DNA of 63,603 nt, filler included, from Stramenopiles sp. TOSAG23-2 (taxonomy: Eukaryota): the NCBI GenBank assembly GCA_900128395.1. It is 12 parts of 12 records of this genome, joined end to end, with 100 filler letters (N's around TTAATTAATTAA, not from the genome) between each part and the next. Parts side by side here need not be neighbours in the genome. Positions count along the whole stretch, not along the records: positions 1 to 6,042 come from LT650541.1; positions 6,143 to 12,182 come from LT650542.1; positions 12,283 to 18,291 come from LT650543.1; 9 more parts are not named here. The stretch is one strand, 5' to 3'. The notes under the pieces were generated by a model. The model was not told the DNA's origin. It did no database searches and worked only from the letters and a program-made list of their open reading frames with translations. This document shows positions 1 to 12,284 of the stretch, one piece after another. Within the stretch, counting starts at the first letter, position 1, and every line of letters starts with the position of its first letter. The translations under genes were made by a program, and so were the position numbers.

Positions 1-1268
1 AAAACCAATATTTCTATGTTTATCACCTAGAAATTTGTAATTTAATATACCTTCAATATGACATAAAATTTTTAATTATATATTTTTTTCGTTACTTTTT
101 TAGTTATAATGATTTTATAATATGTATTTGATCTATTTTACTACCTTTGTATATATTATTATTAAGTTTTAATGATGTATTAAATATATATTTAAAATTA
201 TCTCCATTAAATGTAGAACCATATGAAGTAAATATATATAAATAATTAGGCCTTACATTTCATGATGTACAACGTGCTTGATAAAAAAAATCTCAAAACA
301 GGGCTGGTGTTGAATAAATGATATGTTCTTCTATTATATGTAAATATGGACCGTGCAATTATTCAACGGCAACCCTGTTTTAGAAAAAAAGATATTGACT
401 ATTTTTTATTTGTAAAATGCCCATCAGATACTAAATATATATATATATATTTTTATAATGGTCATTCATTATATATATTGATTGGAGTGAATAAATATCA
501 GCTGATGGTATGATAGAAGTATAACATTGGATAGGATGAAAATAGAATCAAGTATACAAAAATCCAAATCCACTCAATTTACACCTGTTTTGGGATTGTT
601 TTTTTGAACGCAATTTAGGCTGACACAGGATTGAAAATACCTGATATTTGCACTGTTTGGATGGGATTTACAAGGCACATAGCACTAAATCTACGTCTCT
701 GGGGGGACTACCTCTGGTGGTAATCCACGTGGCCACAGTATACATGTATAAGTACAACAACTGATGTAATCCTGGTACAGTAATCCAATTTTTATTACCA
801 GACCAGCAGAATACCAGGCGGTACCTGGAATACCAGAATACAGGTAAGAATCGTCATCTCAAAAAAAAATACCTCGCTATAGTATAGGTATGCTGGTATG
901 GTAATATTACCAGCAGCTGGCCAGATTATTATAGATTAAGATTTAAATATTTGCACATTTATAGATATAAATGGATACATATTCAAAGAATACATACATA
1001 CATACTCGGTCGAAATAAAACAAATACATTCTAATAGTATCATTCTTCAATATCATTTTAACAATATACAAATATTTCAAAAGATATAGAAGCAATTTAT
1101 CTCTCTCTCTCTCTCCCTTTCTGGTTTGTAAATAAATATATATAATATATAAATTTATAGGATAAGAAAATTAATAAAAAATATAATATCCATTTATATA
1201 CATAAATATCTTTTATTATATTAAAAATATAAACTATTTTAGTTTATATAAATATATTATAAAAAAAT

Positions 1269-4200
1269 ATGGAAAATTCAGATATTAAACCTTTGGTAAC
1301 AGTAGAAGAAAATTCAACAGATTTTGATGCTACGGTTGATAATAACAAGAATACTTCAGATACGACGAAAACGGATGGTGATGATGTAAAGAAAACAACA
1401 TCTTTGTCTCAAGTTAAAATTAATATTAATAATAATAATAGTAATACACCAATTGATGATGACGTTAAGAAAATTATGCACGTACAAGTGCAAGATCACT
1501 TGGAAAAAATTAATGATGAAATTGAGAGCGAAGAGTCCGTCGTTTCAACCCCAACGCAAGATACGAATAAAAAGCTTTTAGGCAAAGTTAATTCTACGCG
1601 AACTCGGGCGATAAGTGTTGATAGGGCTCGACGTATATCTGCAGAAAATAGGGCAAAACCACAATCAAATAAATTGAGTTCGCGACAAAGCGAATTGGAA
1701 AGAGTGTTTGAGAAGGATGATGAAGATGAAGAAGATATCATTTCCCTAAAGCATCAAATTACTGATATGCTTATGGGAGAAAAGCCTATTGACCAACGAA
1801 ATTTTGAAAGTGTCATTGGTACTAGAACATATGAACGTGCTCAGGATAAATACAAACATGTCGAGATGACATACATTCATCGTGATCCAATGATGGGACA
1901 TGGTGCAATCGGTGCACGTTTTGAGACTGCTGGCGATCAATTATCTGCCAAACCACGTCAAATCGCCGGGGGCGAAGTAGATGAAACCAAAGAAGAGCTT
2001 GATGATGCACAATTAAAAGTTGCCGGTAAGCCAGCAGATGGTATTGGAGCCCCAGCTAATGATAATCCTGATACTGCTGGAGGTAAATTTGGAACGTGGG
2101 ATGGTGTATTTGTCAGTTGCTTATTAAACATCTTTGGTGTTATTATGTTTCTACGTTTAGGTTGGGTAGTAGGTCAAGCTGGTATAATTCAAGCCATTTT
2201 AATCATTTTATTAGCAGGTGTAGTAACGACGTTGACTACTATGTCCATGGCGGCAATTGCAACTAATGGTACAGTAAAAGGTGGAGGTGCATATTTTATG
2301 ATATCAAGGGCACTTGGGCCTGAAATTGGGGGCACAATTGGTATATTGTTCTTCTTAGGTCTATGTGTTGCAATATCAATGTATGTAATTGGATTTTGTG
2401 AAACGCTTGTTCAAAACTTTGGCGTATGCCCAAATAAATACGATGCATTAGGACAATTAACACTATGCGATCCTGATGCTGTTAAATTGACATTCTTTGG
2501 TTGCAATGGTCCTACCACGGCTGCTATGAGTGCATGTAAATTGAATGATATCCGACTTTACGGCATTGTAATGATGGTCTTTCTATTGATCATGGCATTA
2601 ATTGGTACGGGATGGGTTATTAAAGTGCAATTAGGTTTAATGGCATTATTGACTGCAACCATCATCTCGTTTCATATCGGTACATTTATTCATGAAGGGA
2701 TGGAAGATGATAAAATCGGTTTTGTTGGTTGGGGTGGCAATATTATGAAAGTTGATGAAAATGGCACGTTGGTTGATACTGGCCAGAGTAATATTGCAGA
2801 TATGCTACATGCTAAATATACTCCACAACTGGTTGGAGGTGAGTTGAAAGAATACAATTTTTTCTCTGTATTTGCAATCTTCTTCCCGGCTGTAACTGGA
2901 ATCATGGCAGGTGCAAATATATCTGGTTTATTACGAAATCCTTCCGAAAATATTGTTGTCGGGACATTTTCTGCAATTGGTTTGTCAACAGTAGTGTATG
3001 CGATCATGGCATTCTTTTGTGGTGCAGTTATTAGTCGTACAGCTTTGATTAATGATTATTATATAATGATGAAAGTTGAAGCTGCTACAAGTGTGATGGC
3101 AGATGGATCGACTATTGGTTGGTTGGTATTGTTAGGCATTTATGCAGCAACATTTTCATCCGCATTAGCATCTTTAGTAGGTGCACCGCAAATGTTATTT
3201 AATGTAGCGAAAGATCGAATTTTACCATTAGGTTTCTTTGCAACTACGCATCGTCAAACTTGTTGGGGAAAAAAAGGTGATTTTTGCAATAGATCGAAAA
3301 AAGTGTTTCTAGGTTGCTTTGAACCTATTACCTCAGAGTTAAATGAGAAAGGCACACCAGAGTATACGGACACAGCTGGTAATAAAGCATCAGAAGCTGA
3401 TCCAATCTTCGGGTATTTTGTTAGTTTCTTTATTGCATGTGGTTGTATTTTAATCGGTGATTTGAATTTTGTTGCGCCTTTAATTTCAATGTTTTTCATG
3501 TTAACCTATGGATTGTTAAATATCTCATGTTTTTTCCTTGCGTATTATAAGACACCTGGATGGCGCCCAACGTTTAAATATTTTCATTGGTCTGGTGGAC
3601 TGTTTGGATTTATTTTTTGTGTTATTGCGATGTTTTTAACTGATTTGGTCTTTGCACCAATATCATTTTGCATTGCTATTGGGTTGACATATTATATCGC
3701 TACAAAAAAAGTAACAACCAATTGGGGTACAGCACTTGATGCACGTGCATATGTAAATGCATTGAGTTCCGTATTGCATTTAAGAACTATTCGTTTACAT
3801 GCTAAAACGTTCCGTCCTTCCTATTTAGTTATGATGACAGAAGATATGATTGATGATGCTTCCGAAGAGGCTTTGGGTAATTATTTGTATTCCTTACGGA
3901 AGGGACGAGGATGTGTATTTTGGGGGCAAATTAATATTGGTGACCCACGCACAAATATGTTAAAATTACGAGACCGATATGCAGATACGTACAAGCCATT
4001 GAAAAAAACAGAAAAAGGAGAGACGCCAAAACCTGATTCATTCGCACCACTTGAAGTATTGCAATCGCCGACTTATTACGATGGCTGCATTTCATTAATG
4101 CAAGCAACTGGAATTGGCAATTTAAGACCTAATACAGTTGTGATGCCATATTTAGAAAATTGGAAAGAAATGCTTAAGAATGGCAAGGAAAAAGAAGTAA

Positions 4201-4892
4201 CAGATTACGTAAATACAATTGCAGCATCACAAAAAATGAGATTTGGTACAATGATTGGCCGTGGATTGGATCGTGTATCATGGAATGCGCCTAGCGCAAA
4301 CAAAACTATTGATGTATGGTGGTTGTTGGATGATGGCGGTTTAACGCTACTAGTGCCTTACATCATGAGCTTGGATAAATTTTGGGTGGAAAACACAGAC
4401 GACAGGAGGGAATGTACAGTGCGTTTGTTTTTCATTTTTCAAGGAAACCAAAGTTTGGAAAAAGGTGCTGCGCAATTTAGCAAAGAAATGAAAACTATTA
4501 AAGAATTAGTAAAAAAATTTCGTTTTAATTGGGAAATTATGGATCCTAGCGATCATAATTTATTTATGATACGTCCAGAAAGAAGAGATCATACAGGTAA
4601 ACCAATTCAAGAAGTTATTAATGACTTCAACTCTTTGCCAGTCACCCCAATTGACAAAATGCAACGTAAAGATGTCAAAGAAGCAACTTATAATTGGTTG
4701 CGTATATCTGAAATTGTCAGGGCTAATTCGCATGGTATGACTGAAATGATTTACATTACCTTGCCATATCCACGATCATTTTATGAACCTTCCATGTATA
4801 TGGGATGGTTAGAAATGTTATCAGATCATATGCCACCTATGATTTTAATGCGTGGTAATGCTAAAGATTGTTTAACATATTTCTTGGAGTAA
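1269..4892 (+). CDS. SLC12-family cation-chloride cotransporter (NKCC/KCC-like), 1207 aa
   Basis: KFGTWDGVFVSCLLNIFGVIMFLRLGWVVGQAG, GGGAYFMISRALGPEIGG, FFPAVTGIMAGAN and PGWRPTFKY motifs; cytosolic C-terminal domain with IDVWWLLDDGGLTLLVPY and MILMRGN; intronless. Confidence 0.95.
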   Translation: MENSDIKPLVTVEENSTDFDATVDNNKNTSDTTKTDGDDVKKTTSLSQVKININNNNSNTPIDDDVKKIMHVQVQDHLEKINDEIESEESVVSTPTQDTNKKLLGKVNSTRTRAISVDRARRISAENRAKPQSNKLSSRQSELERVFEKDDEDEEDIISLKHQITDMLMGEKPIDQRNFESVIGTRTYERAQDKYKHVEMTYIHRDPMMGHGAIGARFETAGDQLSAKPRQIAGGEVDETKEELDDAQLKVAGKPADGIGAPANDNPDTAGGKFGTWDGVFVSCLLNIFGVIMFLRLGWVVGQAGIIQAILIILLAGVVTTLTTMSMAAIATNGTVKGGGAYFMISRALGPEIGGTIGILFFLGLCVAISMYVIGFCETLVQNFGVCPNKYDALGQLTLCDPDAVKLTFFGCNGPTTAAMSACKLNDIRLYGIVMMVFLLIMALIGTGWVIKVQLGLMALLTATIISFHIGTFIHEGMEDDKIGFVGWGGNIMKVDENGTLVDTGQSNIADMLHAKYTPQLVGGELKEYNFFSVFAIFFPAVTGIMAGANISGLLRNPSENIVVGTFSAIGLSTVVYAIMAFFCGAVISRTALINDYYIMMKVEAATSVMADGSTIGWLVLLGIYAATFSSALASLVGAPQMLFNVAKDRILPLGFFATTHRQTCWGKKGDFCNRSKKVFLGCFEPITSELNEKGTPEYTDTAGNKASEADPIFGYFVSFFIACGCILIGDLNFVAPLISMFFMLTYGLLNISCFFLAYYKTPGWRPTFKYFHWSGGLFGFIFCVIAMFLTDLVFAPISFCIAIGLTYYIATKKVTTNWGTALDARAYVNALSSVLHLRTIRLHAKTFRPSYLVMMTEDMIDDASEEALGNYLYSLRKGRGCVFWGQINIGDPRTNMLKLRDRYADTYKPLKKTEKGETPKPDSFAPLEVLQSPTYYDGCISLMQATGIGNLRPNTVVMPYLENWKEMLKNGKEKEVTDYVNTIAASQKMRFGTMIGRGLDRVSWNAPSANKTIDVWWLLDDGGLTLLVPYIMSLDKFWVENTDDRRECTVRLFFIFQGNQSLEKGAAQFSKEMKTIKELVKKFRFNWEIMDPSDHNLFMIRPERRDHTGKPIQEVINDFNSLPVTPIDKMQRKDVKEATYNWLRISEIVRANSHGMTEMIYITLPYPRSFYEPSMYMGWLEMLSDHMPPMILMRGNAKDCLTYFLE

Positions 4893-5000
4893 AAAACAAA
4901 AAAAGCAAGATTGTAATTTACATATATGTGTGTATATATTAATATATCTATGCATTGAGATCTAATAATTGATGTATGAAAATAACTATTATATATAGTG

Positions 5001-5084
5001 TGAGTAAGAGAACATTTTATATAGTGTGAGATAGATCATTTCAGTTATTGTATTCTTTTGAAGAGTAGGAATTATCATGAGAGT
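5001..5084 (+). repeat. Dispersed repeat, copy A (core TTATTGTATTCTTTTGAAGAGTAGGAATTATCAT)
   Basis: Near-identical reverse-complement copies at about 36863-36930 and 42740-42835 on other contigs. Confidence 0.75.
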
Positions 5085-5268
5085 AAATTAAAACAATAAA
5101 TTATGCCGTGTAAATTATACGTATTATATCGTATGATATAATGATAGATCTACAATTTTCCGTAAAATTATTATTAAACATATGCATACACACACACAAC
5201 CAGGTATTTTTACAATCTCGTATACATCATACTAAAAATTCTCTCTCTCTCTCTCTCTCTCTGCTAAT

Positions 5269-5643
5269 TTAATCACTATTTGCAACTTTTTCTTCTTGTT
5301 TTACAAAATCCACTTTCAACAATGGTGAGTTGATAACTTCTATAATACTACGAAAACTATATGGTTCATTCGCTGCAATATCAGATAAAACTTTACGATT
5401 TAACTCAATATTTGCGTTATTTGCTTCATGGATAAAATTAGAATATGACATACCATATTGACGCACACCAGCATTTACTCCCATAATCCATTGCCGCCTT
5501 GCAGTCCTTTTTTGCATTTTCCTACCTTTGTACATATTTGTTTGTGCTTTCTCAACACGTCTAATAGCAGCACGAAATGTATTTTTCGACCGACCACGAT
5601 AACCTTTTGCTAATTTTAATACTTTTTTTACTTTTTTCCTCAT
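5269..5643 (-). CDS. rplT: Ribosomal protein bL20, nuclear-encoded organellar (probably mitochondrial) type
   Basis: KKVLKLAKGYRGRSKN, RRQWIMGVNAGVRQYGMSYSNFI and IELNRKVLSDIAANEPYSF are L20 signature segments. Confidence 0.92.
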   Translation of the reverse strand: MRKKVKKVLKLAKGYRGRSKNTFRAAIRRVEKAQTNMYKGRKMQKRTARRQWIMGVNAGVRQYGMSYSNFIHEANNANIELNRKVLSDIAANEPYSFRSIIEVINSPLLKVDFVKQEEKVANSD

Positions 5644-6042
5644 GTTATTTTATGAAATAATATAAATCAACGAAAAAAATGATGTTTCAACAATAATAAA
5701 AACAGAAACCAAAACGAAAGAAAATACCTATATATGAGTGTACCTCTTCAAACAATCTTTGTTATTTCTTTTGTTCCGATAGTAGTAGTAGATAGTCGTT
5801 CACTTGCACAGTTTTGCATATAATTCTCTTATTCCTTCATCTTCCTTCGATCATCATTCAATCAAAAACACAAACAATATAAATAAAATAATAAAAATTA
5901 TTGAATGAGATCCCAGACGACAAATTTTAATTACTGGCAATAGCTATTGACAGAACCCTATTTATAACTATATCTGGAAACGAGTTAATGCTATGATAGT
6001 GCTAATATCGGATATTTATATTGACACATATCTATTAGTTAT

Positions 6043-6142
6043 NNNNNNNNNNNNNNNNNNNNNNNNNNNNNNNNNNNNNNNNNNNNTTAATTAATTAANN
6101 NNNNNNNNNNNNNNNNNNNNNNNNNNNNNNNNNNNNNNNNNN
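6043..6142. other. Artificial contig spacer N44-TTAATTAATTAA-N44 (first of 11)
   Basis: Identical 100-bp spacers at 6043, 12183, 18292, 24397, 30486, 36570, 42640, 48704, 54766, 60827 and 62216; the core has stops in all six frames. Confidence 0.99.
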
Positions 6143-6210
6143 CAAAAACACAATAAAATTGTCAAACAACAAAAGACCCTTTGTAAGTATACTTAAATAA
6201 ATACCATACC

Positions 6211-9200
6211 ATGATGCAGATGATGAAACAATATCAATTATTCTCGCTTGTCTATACGATAATATTATTATTGCATGGTAGCAAAGTTTATAGCCAACAC
6301 CATCATGCACATTCTGAACACTTTAATAGAATACCATCTGAATTTTTCCATATAGTAAAAGCTGAAATTGTTGATACTGGCTCATCGGAACATCCATGGA
6401 GACAAGCGCATGAAAGCAAACGAAAGCTAGATACAATATCCGATTCTGATCTAATAAATAATGAACATAACAATTTTGAACAAACCATTTTTCCGTCTCA
6501 CCATACGAACCCTCCATATGGAGAAACTATTACTTTAAATATTCATGTTAAATGTCGTGACGGTATGACGAAAGTAAAGTTGGATAAGTTAAAATTAAAT
6601 CATCACAAAGAGCTCATCCACAAGGATGCCGTGCTTGAATACATGGGCAAAGATGGTGTGAGAAAAAATATGCCTGTCCCAAACACGGTTTATTATCATT
6701 ATAATAAGGAACGTAAGTTATGGGTACACGTATCAATAGTGGATCAAGATAATTTTCATGCATTAATACATAAAGACGGTAAAGCATATGTTGTCGAACC
6801 AAATGCAATGCATCCGGAATCTGGTATGGCAGGTGTGTCGCATGACAAATCGAAAGAAGGTAGAATTCACCATCGTCGTCTTAAAGAGTTTTATGAGAGA
6901 CATCAAAATACATATGGCATCGAACCAACTTTAATTGCATTTGAAGGGAAACGTATTGAGTTTCCTTCCTACGATATTATGAGTGAAAATCGTAAACTTA
7001 TTTATTTAAATGACCAGGGAGAGCCAGTTGAAATGAGTCATAATCTGAATGAAGAGGACATAAACAATGTAAAAGCTGTGGAAGTTGTGAACGATGAAAG
7101 AAATGGTAGAAAATTATATGGTATGTCCTTTAAACCAATACCAGGAAATTACGACGGGCCATATTCTCGTATTCACAGTGATTGCCCAGCTACACTACAT
7201 ATGATGCATGTTGTATACGGAGTAGATACAGGATTTTTCAAAAAAGTGACTGGCTTTACAAGTGAGAGTGGGTCAGCTACCACAGCACAATTGCAATCAT
7301 TAAGTGCCCTTTTATCGAGCATATGCGCAACATCGAATCTTGTATATTCACAACAATTGAATTTAGTTTCTAGAATAAGAAGAATTGTAGCGTTTTCTGA
7401 TGCAAGTGTTGGCCCACAACAAGGGCCGGATGTTAACACGAATGCTCAGGATTGGAATCAAGAACCCCTTGATGTAGATGTTACGGGCTCAAATCGTGGA
7501 CAGCAAGGATGTGAAATCAGTCGCAATAATTATGATGCAAACTCAGGATCAATTACTACAAGCAATGGCGATACGGATTATTTGGCATATTTAAAAAGTG
7601 CAGGATTATGGTGGAGCGACCGCGATGCAGATAGAAACAGTGGTTCTGAACCATCTGGTGTTTTCAGCGTATTTACAAATTGTTTTCCATCTCCCGGCAC
7701 TGTTGGTTTAGCATATGTTGGTACGCTTTGTAAACAATCAATGACTAATGTTGGTTGGACCAATGGAGGACGCTCTAATTCAGCTGGTACATGGGAAGTA
7801 TATGCACATGAACTTGGTCATAATGTTGGTGCAGGTCATACAACTAGTGGTCTCATGTCTTACAATACAGTGCCTGAATTTAAATTTTCAGACCAAAAAG
7901 TGAATAACAACCCAAGTAGTAATTTCGAATCTATCTGTGAAACGATTAAGAAAGTAAAAGATGAGAATGGTTGGGTACAAAGTAATTGCTTGCATGAGTT
8001 GACAAGCAACTGTAATAATGGCATTTTAGATTATAATGAAGAGTGTGATCCTTCTGTAAGCTGGACAGATCCAATTGACCCAACAAATAAATTTGATTCA
8101 AGCAGATGGTGTGATAGCTCTTGTAAATTCAAAAATGGAAAGCAATGCAATCCATTCTATCGAAACATTAAAAGTGTTGCCAATACATGTGGGACTGGCA
8201 AACGATGCCAATGGTGTAAAGAGAGCAGTTGTACTGATTTAATAGGCTGCACATGGGATGCAAGTATATACCATTGTTCGGATGGATCAGAAGATAATAT
8301 TGAGTCTCCTATTGTGGAATACTATTTGAATGATTGTTGCGATTCAGATGGTAAATTTGTCTTACCAAGTCTAGTAAGATATACTGCTGAAGAAGGCAAT
8401 TGTGATCTTGGAGAATCGAATGGAAGGAAAGGTATATGTATAAACGGTGCATGTCGAAATTTATGTCGACCCAAAAATGCATATGCCGTCGGTAACTATT
8501 GGTGGACGCAATGTGTCACAACTAGTACTGAAAAGTGCAAAACAAGATGTAGAAAAGCTTCGTGGGCATCATGTGCGAAAGAAGACGATGCTGATGTAGA
8601 GTCAAATTTACCAGTAGGAACCGTTTGCAATTACGCCCCATATTCAACATGTACAGGTAGTGGTGTATGCCAAGTGGTAACTAATCCACCACCAGGATTC
8701 GGTGATACACCGTCTGTTGTTACGACGCTTGCTCCTGCACCGGTTGTTACGACACCTGCACCTACACCTGCACCAGTCGTTACTACAACACCAGCCCCAG
8801 CACCAAACTGTGATTGTCTTGGTTTAACCGCAGGAGATAATAAAAAAAATGGCGATGATTGTGGAAAATGGGGATATTCTTATGCCTGGTGCTATACGGT
8901 CGACAGTAAATGTGGTGCAAGTGGTACTAACAATTGGAAGGAATGTGTAATACCAGTCGTAGACGATCCTAAAGACTCCAATTGCGAATGTAAAAATGGT
9001 GACAAAGCCGGCGAAACATGTGGAAAATGGGGTTACGACGAAAATTGGTGTTACACCGTTGGCACTAAATGCGGCCCAGATGGGAAATCAAATTGGAAAG
9101 AGTGCATAGTAACCACTACACCAGATTGTAGTTGTATTGATGATGATGCAAAGGCTGGTAATAAATGTGATTATTGGGGGTATGATACTGCTTGGTGTTA

Positions 9201-12182
9201 TACCAAAGATACGAAAAACTGTGGACCATCCAAAAATTCAAACTGGAAAGATTGCGTCATGGATGTAAAACAAAATGATTGCGTGTGTAAAGGTGGTTCA
9301 ACAGCTGGTAACACATGTGCAAAATGGGGTTATGATGATAAATGGTGTTATACGATAGGTAATACGTGTGGTCCAGATGGGAAATCCAATTGGAACAATT
9401 GCCATGATGATTCCACACCAATCGGTGGTGCAAGAATAGAGGCGATACCCCCTCCAACTGGTTTGGCCATTGTGCAACCAACCAGGGGAACAGTATGGCT
9501 CGCAGGCAATGATCACACGATCCAATGGAATTCGCAAAATATTAGCCGTTTCGAAACATTTAACATTCGTCTATTTAAAGAGGAAGCTGGATCATTCACG
9601 CAGTTTCAACCATTTAACCCTTCACTAGTGATTAATAATTCTCAGTCATTTCGTTTCAGATTAAGTGCTGGCTATTTTCAAGCCAATGATTTATGCCGGA
9701 CATACAAATTAAAATTAGTATCTGAATCAGATATGCATTTTAAAGATACATTAGGTATAGATAAGATCGATAAGTTGACTGCTGAGAGCAAACCATTTAC
9801 AATAAATGATTCGCCTGTATTTATACAAGATGAGACTGGTACTGCTGTATCGATAAAAGATGAGACTAATACTAATGCTGTATCTATCATTACTAAAGGA
9901 GAATCATATACCTTATCTGGAGATACCACATGCACAATTAAAAAATTGAAAATTGATTTGTACAAAAATAATACATTCGTGTACAATATTCGAAATTCAC
10001 TTTCAAAATCACCAACTGCTAATTCATGGAGCTTCAATTGGGTGGTGCCAATGTCTGAATTCAATGCAGGGGAGTCTTACAAAATTAAGGTTAGCGATTT
10101 AAATAGCAATGCTGAAAGAGACTCTTCTTACTTTCGAATTCAAAACAACCCTATAGTAGATAGCTGCGGTGCTGGCAAGTCGGATTTTACAGTGTTTTTG
10201 CCCAACACAAAAACAGCATGGCAGCAATACGATGATGTTCTGATACAATGGGGTAGCAATGGATGTCCGTTGACTTTGCCAGCAGAGGCTAAATTCAAAG
10301 TATTGCTGATTGATTCTAAAGACGAATTGGTTGATGATATCGGTTGTTTTGGTCCATTCGGCTGCGAAGTGACTGGGACACAATTGAAGATTCAGGTTGA
10401 TCCAAAGTGGGGTTCTGGACCTGGCTATAAAATCGAAGTTAAAAGCATTATAAACCAAGAAATAGAGGCAACCAGCAGTAAGTTTGAAATTGTTAGGCGA
10501 AATTCAATTACAATCGCAAAGCTAGAGAAAAAAGAATTTTTCGTTGGGGACGACATATCATTTTCGTGGGACTATCATGGATTGATATCTCATGTAGATA
10601 TTGAATTGTTAAACAGTGAAGGGGATGCGTATAGAACATTGGCCTCTCATTGGCCAAACACAAAACGATTTACGTTCAAAACAAATGAATATAACTATAT
10701 GACGGAACGGTCTCTTTCTATTCGCGTTGTTGAACATGGAGGAACAGCACGTGGAAACAGTCGACAGGACAATAAAAATACTGCATTTGGAGTTTCTGAA
10801 AAATTTGCTTTGCAACCAAAAAGTGAAAGTCGTCTTGAAGTCGATTACCCAACTGCAAATGAAGTGTGGAAAAATGATACTAATAAGAAAAACGTAGAAT
10901 GGCTCGCAAGTCGTGGTGGTGGTAGAAATGAGTTGCCTGAATTTGTAGATATAATATTATGCACCAAAAATGGTGCCGAAGAAAAGGTCGTAGATACGTT
11001 GTATAAAAGGTTTATCTTGAATGAAGGGGTAAATTCTAAGAAAGTACAAATATTTGACAAACGATTGGTCCAATCATCATTTTATGTTATAAAAATTCAA
11101 GCTTCAGCTAAAGATGGGGATATACCCAGGAGGTCAAAAGTTCAAGATTTGGTTGGTGTCAGTGAACCTTTTAGGATTATTCAACCTTCGGTATTACAGG
11201 TCGTAAATGTACTACCAAAAGTAGCAGATTTAATGTTAGAAAACCCGTTTACAATTAAGTGGATCTCGTACGGAGCAGTAATCGAATCAGTGGACATTCT
11301 TTTAAGAGCATGCACCTCTATGATGGATAAAGTATGCATCGGAAAGGAAATTAAGATAGCTACAAATATCCAGAACCAACATTCTTACACAGTAATGGCT
11401 TCGTATGAAATTGTACCAGAAATATCTTATCAAGCTGTGGTACATGCAACAGGTGACAGTAGGCTACGTTCAGCATATCCTTTAGGCGAGGGAATCCGTT
11501 TTCATCGAAATCCAAACAATTCTTCTGAAATTAAAATAATAGAACCGCATGCTAATAGTGCCATAAGTGTGGGTGGTAATATCTTACTCCAATGGACTGG
11601 CGCTGCAGCTTATGATGATGCAGCAATTCGTTTGGAAAAAAGGGAAAATGGAGATGCCATTCTAATCCTTGAGAAGTATGTAAATGATCCAACTGGATTT
11701 TATATATTTCCAATACCTGCTTCATTGAAGCCTGGTGTACGCTTTGCTATATCTATTAGCACGCGTGTACCAGGGTGTAGCAATTGCTTGGTAAATCTTA
11801 CAAAATATTCAGAAGAATTTTCAATTGGGCCAGCCGTAAATGATGTCATTGGTGTTAGCTCGATTATCCCAGTACCGCACCAAATGGCTGGTATTAACGA
11901 CGATGTTACAAAATTGGTTCCCGCTTTTGGTCGGCGTTTTAAATGGTATACGAAAGCTCAAGTCGGTGTAGCCGCATTGGAATTGTGGCGCTGTGTAACG
12001 AAAGATTGCCTCAATGTAAAATATGCAATTACTATCGAAACTGTAGATACATCAAACCAAAATTTTACTAATTTTGAGCATACAATCGATTACACAGTCC
12101 CATGGACAACACCACCTTTGAATGATAAATATTATATAGTCGTTGCGAGGTCCCTTTCGTATCCTGACACATATTTTTACAT
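6211..12182 (+). CDS. Secreted reprolysin/ADAM-like (M12B) zinc metalloprotease with disintegrin-like region, Pro/Thr linker, four Cys-rich repeats and repeated Ig-like (Kre9/KNH-like) domains; 3' truncated by contig end
   Basis: Hydrophobic N-terminal signal; GTVGLAYVGTLC; zinc motif HELGHNVGAGH followed by Met-turn GLMS; CNNGILDYNEECD; repeated 'P....W..G....IQW' beta-sandwich units. Confidence 0.85.
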
Positions 12183-12284
12183 NNNNNNNNNNNNNNNNNN
12201 NNNNNNNNNNNNNNNNNNNNNNNNNNTTAATTAATTAANNNNNNNNNNNNNNNNNNNNNNNNNNNNNNNNNNNNNNNNNNNNAA

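Noticed and set aside
5269..5643. rplT as bacterial contamination
   Set aside because: Same contig as eukaryotic SLC12, with microsatellite-rich flanks and no rpmI/infC operon
6087..6098. TTAATTAATTAA as piggyBac target, telomere or regulatory site
   Set aside because: Always centred in 88 Ns: a synthetic spacer
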